Below are positions 19,980 through 27,683 of a stretch of 64,000 nt of DNA, in pieces; position 1 is the stretch's first letter; each line of letters starts with the position of its first letter. The stretch is from Planctomycetota bacterium (GTDB lineage Bacteria > Planctomycetota > UBA8108 > SXIK01), in NCBI GenBank assembly GCA_965223265.1, contig OZ244999.1, forward strand, positions 7,712,001 to 7,776,000. The letters are read 5' to 3'. The notes below the pieces were generated by a model. That model did no database searches and had not been told where the DNA came from. It saw only the letters and a list, made by a program, of their open reading frames with translations. The translations under genes were made by a program, and so were the position numbers.

Positions 19980-20582
19980 ATGCCGCGTCTCCCGGCCCAC
20001 GAGAATCCCTTTCGCGTCGCACGCTTAGAGGCGATCTCCTATCGCGCCGCCGGCCACTGTTGGGAACGTCTCCTTGATGTCCTCCGCGCCTCGGAGTGGC
20101 GCGGCGCCATCGTCGGGCCGCAGGGCAGCGGCAAGACGACGCTTTTCGACGAGCTGGCGCGGCGCATCGACGCCATGTCACCCGACATCAAGGTGCACCA
20201 CCTACCAGTCCTGCGTGAGGACGAGCCGCCATGGAGTTTCAATCGACTGAAGGAGCTCACAGCCGACATTTGCGCACACCATGTCGTCTTCTTCGACGGC
20301 GCCGATCACCTGCCACGCCCCACCTGGTGGCTGCTCCGTTGGCGCGTGAAGCACGCTCGGGGGTTCGTCGTCACAACTCACAGTCCAGGCCTCCTTCCGA
20401 CGTTGGTGAGGACAAGCACCAGCCCGGCGCTTCTTGACGACTTGGTCGCGGAACTGCTGGGAGAAATCCCCGCCTCCATTCAGGACCGGCTCGAAGAGTT
20501 GCACGGGCGACACAACGGTGACATCCGCGCAGCGCTCTTCGAGCTCTACGACATCTACGGCGGCCGCTCGACGCTGCGGTGA
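19980..20582 (+). CDS. Small P-loop NTPase (Hda/DnaA-like AAA+)
   Basis: N-terminal ENPF, Walker A GPQGSGKTT, Walker B VFFDGAD and C-terminal GDIRAALFELYD. Confidence 0.75.
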   Translation: MPRLPAHENPFRVARLEAISYRAAGHCWERLLDVLRASEWRGAIVGPQGSGKTTLFDELARRIDAMSPDIKVHHLPVLREDEPPWSFNRLKELTADICAHHVVFFDGADHLPRPTWWLLRWRVKHARGFVVTTHSPGLLPTLVRTSTSPALLDDLVAELLGEIPASIQDRLEELHGRHNGDIRAALFELYDIYGGRSTLR

Positions 20583-20814
20583 GCCGGCCCTCCAGACAAA
20601 GCACCGATTGGACGCCCCGCGGTGGTTGTGATGATGCGGTCGACACGTGTAGTCTCCGCAGGGCGACGCAGCGCGCGGGGCGATCTTTTCGTCGTTTCAT
20701 CGCAACTCTTTCAGGTTACTCTGGAGCCTGACGAAGCGTCCGCCGCAAAACGGGTGGCGCTCGCTGCACGCTGCATCCATTCGTGAACATCAAGTCACCG
20801 AGAGTCTCTTGGAG

Positions 20815-23800
20815 ATGGCTATGTCCGCTTGCTCACGACGGCGCTTTCGATCTATCGCCTTCGCACTGCTCGTATCGATCACCTCAAGCCAGGCGATCGC
20901 CGCTGACGCGCCGGGTGACGTCGTGGGACGTTTCCTCGACGAAGTCAATCTCGACCGCGGCATCGTGTCGCTCGTCACGCTAGGGGACGGTCATTTGGCG
21001 ACGACTGTTGCCGAGCTCGGCGAATTCATGGTGCATGGCTGGGAACCGGATGCAGCGCGCGCTCAAGCGGCTCGCGAGCGCGCAGTCGCCGATCATCGCC
21101 ACGGGCGGACGATCACGATTGAGCGCGGCGACTTGGAACGTCTCCCGTACGCTGACAACACGGTCGACATCATCATCGCCGCCCATTTGACGAAAGCCCA
21201 ACTGCAGCGCCTCAGAGCTGAGGAGGTTCTTCGCTGCCTTCGACCTCGCGGGAGCGCTTTCGTCGGCAGTTTCGAGACCCGCGGGAGCAACTACGTCGAC
21301 GCCGCGGCGCTCAATGCCTGGCTGAAGCGCGGTGAGCAGGACGACACCGTAGCAAGGGTGACTCCCAGCGACGGCACGTGGGTCAAGTTGACGAAGGCGC
21401 CACTCGAAGGAGCGGACGATTGGAGCCACTGGGAGCACGGCCCGGACAACAACCCGGTCTCGAACGACGCGATCGCGAAGGCGCCGTACATGACACAGTG
21501 GCTCGGTCGACCCTACTACATCGCCATGCCTGCGGTGACGACCGCCGCCGGTGGCCGCATCTTCATCGCCATGGGCCACATCGCGCATCACGAACGCGAA
21601 GAGCCGTGGCTCAACACCCTCATGGCGCGCAACGGTTACAACGGCACGATCCTTTGGCGTCGCAAGCTTCCCGACGGATACCTCGTCCACCGCTCGGCGT
21701 TCATCGCCACCGCGCAAACCTTTTACATGATCGATATGGACGGAAGTGGTTGCCTGCTCCTCGATCCAGAGACGGGAGATGAGAAGGGGCGGATTCGAAT
21801 GCGTGCGGCACGCGGGCAGTGGAAATGGATGGCACTGAAGGACGGAATACTCTACGCGCTCATCGGGGCCCAGAAGGATCCACCACAAACGACCATCGTG
21901 CGCAGCTCGATGTCGCACTGGAGCTGGGCTGAGCTGAGCAAGGGGTATTACTCGCAGCAGGTGCCATGGGGATTCGGGAAGACGCTCGTTGCCTACGATG
22001 TGGCCGCTGAGTCGGTTGTCTGGAAACACGTTGAGACGGCACCGATCGATTCCCGTTCCATGACGATCGGATCGGACAGCGTCTACCTCTACGCCCCCGG
22101 TTCACGCGCCGTCGCGCTCGACGTCAAGAGCGGTGCACCGCGGTGGGAGAATCGCGACGCTTCCGTCACGACACTCATCGAGGAGTCGGGTCGCGGGCTG
22201 TCGTCGACACCGGGGTTCCGCACCATGAACTTTTGCCTCTACACTCCAGAGGCGCTCGTCTTCCAAGCCCAGACGCGCATGAACGTCGTCGCCCTGTCGC
22301 CAGCAACCGGCAAGCTCCTTTGGCATCGTCCGAAGACGAGCAGCAACCCAAACGCTCTCTACGTCGGCGAGCAACTTGTCGTCGGCATCGGGGAGAACGG
22401 CGAGAATCTTATGGTGGACGCCAAGACTGGGAAGACGCTCGCCAGCCTGAAATTCTCAAAGCGCGCCTGCGCACGGCTCACCGCGACGGCGGATTCACTT
22501 TTCTGTCGCGGCTGGCCGGATGGATTGACGCGATTTGACCGCTACACCAAGGAAGTGCAGGCGAACGGTGCGGTGCGCCCGTCGTGCAACGACGGCGTCA
22601 TCGCGGCAAACGGTCTCCTCTACATGGGACCTTGGTTGTGTGATTGCAACCTGACTCTGATGGGTCGTGTCGTCATGTGCGCCGCTGGCGACTTCGACTT
22701 TGATGGCGCGCACCGACGCACGCCAGCTCTCGAGGTTGCCGCGACGGAGCTCAATGCAGCGCCCCTCGAAGTGACTCCAGCCGACTGGTCATCGCACCGT
22801 GCAAACGCAGCGCGCAGCGGCAGCTCGCCGGTCACTCTCGACGAAACGCTCTCTTGGGTTTGGGATCGCGCCCCGGCAGCCGCTGACTCCTTCGTGCCCA
22901 CGACGATGACAAGCACCGGCAATCTGCTTCTGATCGGCGGCGACGACGGAAGCGTGCGGGCGTTCGAGACCGTGATGGGAAACGAAGCATGGCGATTCCA
23001 CACCGCTGGACGCATCATGCAGCCCCCAACGGTGTGGGAGGGCAGAGCCTTCGTCGGCTCTGGCGACGGCTACGTCTACGCCCTGGAGGTGCGCACCGGC
23101 AAACTCCTGTGGCGTTTTCGCGCTGCACCGGCCGAGAGGCGCATCCCGGTGTACGGCCACCTCTCTTCGACCTGGCCGGTGCACGGCGGAGTGCTGGTCG
23201 CCGATGGCGTCGCGTACTTCGCGGCGGGCATTATCGACTACGACTCGACACATGTTTACGCCGTCGACGCGCGCAGCGGCAAGCTGCTTTGGCATAACGG
23301 ATCGACGGGACACCTCGATCCGAAACTGCGCAAGGGAGTCTCCGCGCAGGGCAATCTGACCCTGGCGGGAGGACGCCTATGGCTCGCAGCTGGTAACGTC
23401 TGCTCGCCCGCAGCCTTCGACCTTGCGAGTGGTCGCTACGTCGGCAAATCAGCCGGCGATGGCGCGCCGCAAACGAATCGGGGCGAAGAGATCGCGGTTT
23501 TCAAGAACCGCCACGTCATCTTGGGAGGTCGCCTGCGGTTTTCAGCCACGAAGAACGTGGTGAACCCCGGCTTCTTCGAGACCCATGCCCTCACGGACAC
23601 CGGCAGCAAGAATCCCGTCCACCTCGCCAGCGGCAAGATCCCTCCTGTCTGGAATGATGACTACTTTGTCGCCGTCGATGGTCGACTCGAGCCCGCGGTT
23701 TGCTACAGGACGAGCGAGGTCGAGCGAGCCTTCGACGCGGGAGAGCGTCTGCGCACCTTGACGCCGGTGTGGAGTGCCGAGGCCCTCAAAGAAAAGAACA

Positions 23801-24726
23801 TTGTCTCGCTCGCCCTCACGGTGAAAGACCTCCTCGTGGTCTTCGAGGAGAAACAAGCTCGTAGCCTCGCGACGAAGTGGCACATTGCCGCATTCGCACT
23901 TGAAGACGGCACCGAGAAGTGGCGCCAAGGGCTCGACAAACCCGCCGCCACAGGCGCTCTTCTCGTCGATCGCTCCGGGCGTGTCGTCGTCGCATTCCAG
24001 GATGGCGGACTTGTCTGCTTTGGGCCACGGGCGGCGTTCGATGCGATCGTCGACGATATCTCGAAGCGCGCCAAAAGCGACACGGACCTTGCGTGGCGCA
24101 AGAGCGCGATCGGCCAACTCGAGAAGCTTCTCGACACCGCTGCTGATGGCGACCTGACGGTCGAAGTACTGAAGCGTCTGAAAGAATTCGGCGTCGATCC
24201 CACAGCCGCGGGCAGACGTCACGGCGCAGTCACGATCTGGCGTACCACCGGACCAGTACCATGGACCGAGGACGCCCCTGCTGATCACGTGTTCGTCGGT
24301 GAGCCGTATGTGGATGTCCATCGCGCCACTGAGTTCGGTGGCAGACAATTGAACTGGAATTTGCGCGTGTCGACTGATCGCTACGGTATGGTCGATCTCG
24401 CGCCGCGCTATGGCCGTCTGGGTCAGGCCGCCGTCTACGCGCACGCCGAGATCGTTTTGCCGAAAGCTCAAAGGATGGTCATGCGTCTTGGTTCGAACGA
24501 TGGCTTCAAGGTTTGGTTCAACGGCCAGGAGATTGGAAAACTCGAGAGCGGTCGTGGCTACATCCCCGATAGTGACGCTTTCGAAGTTGAGGGCCGCGCC
24601 GGTGCTAACGAGGTGTTGATCAAGGTCCTCAACTTGGGCAACCTCTGGTCGTACGGTGTTCGTTTCACCGACGCCGAAAAGAATCCAATCGCGTTCGAAC
24701 AGACTCTCTCTCTGGAATCGCCCTAA
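20815..24726 (+). CDS. Large exported protein: methyltransferase-like N-domain, two PQQ-type beta-propellers and a C-terminal PA14/galactose-binding-like domain
   Basis: Signal peptide. LPYADNTVD..EVLRCLRPxG (MTase-like), DDWSHWEHGPDNN, GSGDGYVYAL, STWPVHGG and GSNDGFKVWFNG. Start could be 20815 or 20821. Confidence 0.82.
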   Translation: MAMSACSRRRFRSIAFALLVSITSSQAIAADAPGDVVGRFLDEVNLDRGIVSLVTLGDGHLATTVAELGEFMVHGWEPDAARAQAARERAVADHRHGRTITIERGDLERLPYADNTVDIIIAAHLTKAQLQRLRAEEVLRCLRPRGSAFVGSFETRGSNYVDAAALNAWLKRGEQDDTVARVTPSDGTWVKLTKAPLEGADDWSHWEHGPDNNPVSNDAIAKAPYMTQWLGRPYYIAMPAVTTAAGGRIFIAMGHIAHHEREEPWLNTLMARNGYNGTILWRRKLPDGYLVHRSAFIATAQTFYMIDMDGSGCLLLDPETGDEKGRIRMRAARGQWKWMALKDGILYALIGAQKDPPQTTIVRSSMSHWSWAELSKGYYSQQVPWGFGKTLVAYDVAAESVVWKHVETAPIDSRSMTIGSDSVYLYAPGSRAVALDVKSGAPRWENRDASVTTLIEESGRGLSSTPGFRTMNFCLYTPEALVFQAQTRMNVVALSPATGKLLWHRPKTSSNPNALYVGEQLVVGIGENGENLMVDAKTGKTLASLKFSKRACARLTATADSLFCRGWPDGLTRFDRYTKEVQANGAVRPSCNDGVIAANGLLYMGPWLCDCNLTLMGRVVMCAAGDFDFDGAHRRTPALEVAATELNAAPLEVTPADWSSHRANAARSGSSPVTLDETLSWVWDRAPAAADSFVPTTMTSTGNLLLIGGDDGSVRAFETVMGNEAWRFHTAGRIMQPPTVWEGRAFVGSGDGYVYALEVRTGKLLWRFRAAPAERRIPVYGHLSSTWPVHGGVLVADGVAYFAAGIIDYDSTHVYAVDARSGKLLWHNGSTGHLDPKLRKGVSAQGNLTLAGGRLWLAAGNVCSPAAFDLASGRYVGKSAGDGAPQTNRGEEIAVFKNRHVILGGRLRFSATKNVVNPGFFETHALTDTGSKNPVHLASGKIPPVWNDDYFVAVDGRLEPAVCYRTSEVERAFDAGERLRTLTPVWSAEALKEKNIVSLALTVKDLLVVFEEKQARSLATKWHIAAFALEDGTEKWRQGLDKPAATGALLVDRSGRVVVAFQDGGLVCFGPRAAFDAIVDDISKRAKSDTDLAWRKSAIGQLEKLLDTAADGDLTVEVLKRLKEFGVDPTAAGRRHGAVTIWRTTGPVPWTEDAPADHVFVGEPYVDVHRATEFGGRQLNWNLRVSTDRYGMVDLAPRYGRLGQAAVYAHAEIVLPKAQRMVMRLGSNDGFKVWFNGQEIGKLESGRGYIPDSDAFEVEGRAGANEVLIKVLNLGNLWSYGVRFTDAEKNPIAFEQTLSLESP

Positions 24727-24738
24727 GGAGAATTCGTC

Positions 24739-25911
24739 GTGCTGGAGAACTGCGTCACAAAGCAGCCGTTTACGAACGCTCAGGGCACGGCGTGGTCTAG
24801 TGCGTGTCGTACGATCGCCGGCTGGCTCCCTCTCCTGTTCGCCACACTTGGCACCCCCCCCATGTCGATCCAGGCGTGCGACGACATGACCGTGCGCGAC
24901 GCGGCCTTTCAGGAAGCCCGTGACCTGCATCGACTCTGCGTCATCGCAAGCCCGGAGAGCCCGGAACTCGGACGTATCCATCAGCGCCTTGGCGCTTGGT
25001 TGACCAGTGCTGGAAAAGACCTGAACCTCGAGCTGACGACCATCGACGTCGATAGTCCGGAGGTTAAGTGGGAGAGCTTCGGCGTGCCTGGGCGGCCTCC
25101 CAGCTCGCCTGTCGTGATGCTCTCCGGTTTTCAGCGTGCTCACGGACGCGGTTTCTTCATCGACCACTGGGATCCGGAGCCGACCGAGGCGGACCTCGAA
25201 ACACTCGCCTCGTCCCCGACCAGAAAGCGTTTGCGAGAACTCCTGCCGACCAAAATCGCAGTGCTCGTCTACGCACCAGCGGCGATGTCGACCACGGGCG
25301 CGGAGGTCGCGGCGGAACGGCAGCGCATTGACGACGTGCTCGCCGGCAGCGTCAAGCGCTGGTCGGAACACGCGCTCGGCCTCGCTGTCCTGCGCCTTGA
25401 CCGCAGCGACCCGCGCGAGCGAACGCTCGCTTCCTTTTGTGGTCTCGCTCCGGACGGACCCGCCTGGGTCGGCGTCGTCTTCGGCCGCGGCAAGTTCGCA
25501 GAGCCACCACTGGCGGCGACGGAGATCACACGCGCCGCCATCGACGAGCTGATCGAAACCATTCTCGCCAAGTGCACGTGTCTGTCGCAAGCGGCAAAGC
25601 TCGGCGTCGACCTGCCGATGGTTTGGCGTGAAGCCGACGACAAGCGCGTGCTGCCAACGATCAAAGCTGGCGCTGTCGCAGAAGGATCGACGGATGCCAC
25701 GGACGCCTCCGCTACCCCGGATCTCATCGCGGCGATGTTTCCCAAGGGCGCGCCCGCGGCACCGACCGCATCGCTGGTCGATGTAACGGAGCCCGCACCG
25801 CGCCAACGCGGTGGTTTTTTCGCTGCTGCACTTTGGCTGCTCGGCGCTGGCGCGCTCGCGCTCTTCGTCGGAACCATCGTGATCGTGCGACGGCGCACAG
25901 TAGCGTCGTAG
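24739..25911 (+). CDS. Exported, C-terminally anchored hypothetical protein (thioredoxin-like fold suspected)
   Basis: AAGGAG RBS before GTG. Motifs VFGRG and CTC...GVDL. C-terminal TM followed by RRR. Confidence 0.7.
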   Translation: MLENCVTKQPFTNAQGTAWSSACRTIAGWLPLLFATLGTPPMSIQACDDMTVRDAAFQEARDLHRLCVIASPESPELGRIHQRLGAWLTSAGKDLNLELTTIDVDSPEVKWESFGVPGRPPSSPVVMLSGFQRAHGRGFFIDHWDPEPTEADLETLASSPTRKRLRELLPTKIAVLVYAPAAMSTTGAEVAAERQRIDDVLAGSVKRWSEHALGLAVLRLDRSDPRERTLASFCGLAPDGPAWVGVVFGRGKFAEPPLAATEITRAAIDELIETILAKCTCLSQAAKLGVDLPMVWREADDKRVLPTIKAGAVAEGSTDATDASATPDLIAAMFPKGAPAAPTASLVDVTEPAPRQRGGFFAAALWLLGAGALALFVGTIVIVRRRTVAS

Positions 25912-25979
25912 CATCGCTCGGACCCTCAAGCGCTCGAGACGCAGGCGGGCGAGGCACCGTTTGCGCATCGGACGTTTCC

Positions 25980-26093
25980 GTGGGAGTGGGAGTCGAGTGG
26001 GAGTCGAGTGGGAGTCGGAGTGGGCGAGTGCGTTTGCGAGTGCGTGGGCGTGGGCGTGCGAGTCGGAGTGGGGGTGGGAGCGGGAGTCGGAGT
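25980..26093 (+). repeat. Degenerate G-rich hexamer tandem array (GGGAGT / GCGAGT / GGGCGT / CGGAGT)
   Basis: Read directly. About 19 imperfect units, roughly complementary to the array at 26253-26468. Confidence 0.85.
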
Positions 26094-26252
26094 AGGACCC
26101 TACAGTTGCACAAGTTCTCCGCGGAGGGAGCCAGAAATCAGAAACCCTTGTCCTCAGGTTCGATCGACGGCTGTAGGGCGTCGCGGCGGGTTTCATGCTT
26201 GGTGAGGATTGCCGGTGTGCGATGGACCGAACCGGCGCCGACCCGTGTCTCG

Positions 26253-26468
26253 CACACGCAAACTCTCACTCTCACGCACACTCTCACGCACACTCTCACG
26301 CACACTCTCACGCACACTCTCACGCACACGCACACTCTCACGCACACGCACACGCACACGCACACTCTCACGCACACTCTCACGCACACTCTCACGCACA
26401 CTCTCACGCACACGCACACGCACACCCACACCCACACGGTCACGCAATCGCAATCGCAATCACGCACG
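26253..26468 (+). repeat. Tandem array of the 12-mer CACACTCTCACG interspersed with CACACG hexamers, ending in CAATCG units
   Basis: Read directly. About 36 hexamers, with no stop codon in any frame. Confidence 0.97.
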
Positions 26469-26525
26469 GCCTTGAAACGCTTCTTTTGCAGCTTGGAGTG
26501 GGAGTGGGTGGCGGTGATCACCGTA

Positions 26526-26579
26526 CGGCGGCGGTCATTGTCGAGCGTACGCGGTGCTCGGAACCGTCAAGGGTGCCCT
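26526..26579. repeat. Left arm of a ~54-bp imperfect inverted repeat (partner 27265-27318)
   Basis: Reverse complement AGGGCACCCTTGACG...TACGCTCGACAATGACCGCCGCCG matches AGGGCACCCGTGACG...TACGCTCGACAAT-ACCGCCGCCG at 27265. Confidence 0.9.
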
Positions 26580-26656
26580 GGAACGGCACACGGAGTGTGC
26601 CGGCTACTATAAAGACGTCGCCTACTCGATCTTAGGCACGCTCCGTGTGCCGTTCC
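26580..26656. repeat. REP-like inverted doublet (REPIN-like)
   Basis: GGAACGGCACACGGAGTGTGCC (26580-26601) and GGCACGCTCCGTGTGCCGTTCC (26635-26656) are 21/22 reverse-complementary. Each is itself a hairpin, with CTAC or TAG next to it. Confidence 0.8.
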
Positions 26657-26809
26657 GAAGGTGAACGCCAAGCGTGGACCGGGAGTTGCGCTGGCGCGCT
26701 CCAAAAAACTTCACAGCTCGGCTGTGCTTGCTACTTAGGAGAATGCCTCTGGTGCCCCCCGCCTCAAACCCGCCGCGCGAAAAAGCACGACGGGCCCAAA
26801 ACCCCAAGC

Positions 26810-27133
26810 TCAGCGCGTCAGCTTCCAAAGCATCGCCTGCAGCTCGTCGACGTCCGCAAGCACCGAAGCTGTCTCCTGCGCATCGACGTAACCCCAAGCT
26901 TCAGCAACACGAAGCGCCGTACGCACCTCTTCGGCACTGCCTGAAGCAACACGCCAAAGATGCCCGCGGTCACGACCAGAGCGCCGATTGCCCTCGCCCA
27001 GATTCAGCGCCACGGAGGACCCCGCGTCGCGCAGCTGAGCGGCAAGCCTCGAGTCATGACGACGCACAGAAGCTACAAGCGGACGCAACTGACGAACGAT
27101 GCCAACAGAGTGATCCAAAGCGAGAAAGCCCAT
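26810..27133 (-). CDS. Four helix bundle protein (23S rRNA IVP / Avd-like fold)
   Basis: 107 aa. QLRDAGSSVALNLGEG...VASGSAEE matches the family pattern QxxRAxxSxxxNIAEG...AxGSxxE. GGAG lies 7 nt before the ATG. Confidence 0.9.
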   Translation of the reverse strand: MGFLALDHSVGIVRQLRPLVASVRRHDSRLAAQLRDAGSSVALNLGEGNRRSGRDRGHLWRVASGSAEEVRTALRVAEAWGYVDAQETASVLADVDELQAMLWKLTR

Positions 27134-27140
27134 GAGAAGA

Positions 27141-27212
27141 CTCCGGTCAACCGGTTGAGTGAAACTCTCGCCGCACGCCCGACGCGGCGGCGTTTCACTC
27201 CCCGAGCCGGAG
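27141..27212 (-). promoter_or_regulatory. Structured 5' leader of the four-helix-bundle gene (nested stems that could sequester the RBS)
   Basis: GAGTGAAAC (27157-27165) / GTTTCACTC (27192-27200) stem, with an inner CGCCGC/GCGGCG pair. Palindrome TCAACCGGTTGA (27147-27158). CTCCGG (27141-27146) / CCGGAG (27207-27212) covers the RBS. Confidence 0.55.
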
Positions 27213-27264
27213 GGCGGACGGGGTGCGGTCACTCTCAGAAGGCGCGAAGCGCCGAGCGTCAGCG

Positions 27265-27318
27265 AGGGCACCCGTGACGCCGTCCGCACTCCGGCTACGC
27301 TCGACAATACCGCCGCCG
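27265..27318. repeat. Right arm of the ~54-bp imperfect inverted repeat (partner 26526-26579)
   Basis: See the left arm. 14/15 identity at one end, 23 nt with a 1-nt indel at the other, and a divergent middle. Confidence 0.9.
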
Positions 27319-27346
27319 CAAACGCCCCTTGGCGGCACACCTCTTC

Positions 27347-27610
27347 TCTGCTTCTGTCTCTGCTTCTGTCTCTGCTTCTGTCTCTGCTTCTGTCTCTGCT
27401 TCTGTCTCTGCTTCTGTCTCTGCTTCTGTCTCTGCTTCTGTCTCTGCTTCTGTCTCTGCTTCTGTCTCTGCTTCTGTCTCTGCTTCTGTCTCTGCTTCTG
27501 TCTCTGCTTCTGTCTCTGATTCTGTCTCTGATTCTGTCTCTGCTTCTGTCTCTGCTTCTGTCTCTGCTTCTGTCTCTGCTTCTGTCTCTGATTCTGTCTC
27601 TGATTCCGAC
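27347..27610 (+). repeat. Tandem array of the 12-mer TCTGCTTCTGTC, 22 units
   Basis: 14 perfect units, 2 TCTGAT variants, 4 perfect, 1 variant, and a final degenerate TCTGATTCCGAC. Confidence 0.98.
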
Positions 27611-27683
27611 CAATCGCCGTTTTCGCTTCGCCTACCGTGTGCGTGCTAGCTTTCCGCCTCTATCTCAACACGCTGTTCAGCGA

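Noticed and set aside
20690-20745. Glycine riboswitch-like words (CTCTTTCAGG...CTCTGGAG)
   Set aside because: The other conserved aptamer elements (GGAGA...CCGAAG) are missing, and the downstream gene is unrelated to glycine metabolism.
26253-27610. CRISPR array
   Set aside because: The units are contiguous 6/12-mers with no unique spacers, and there are no cas genes.
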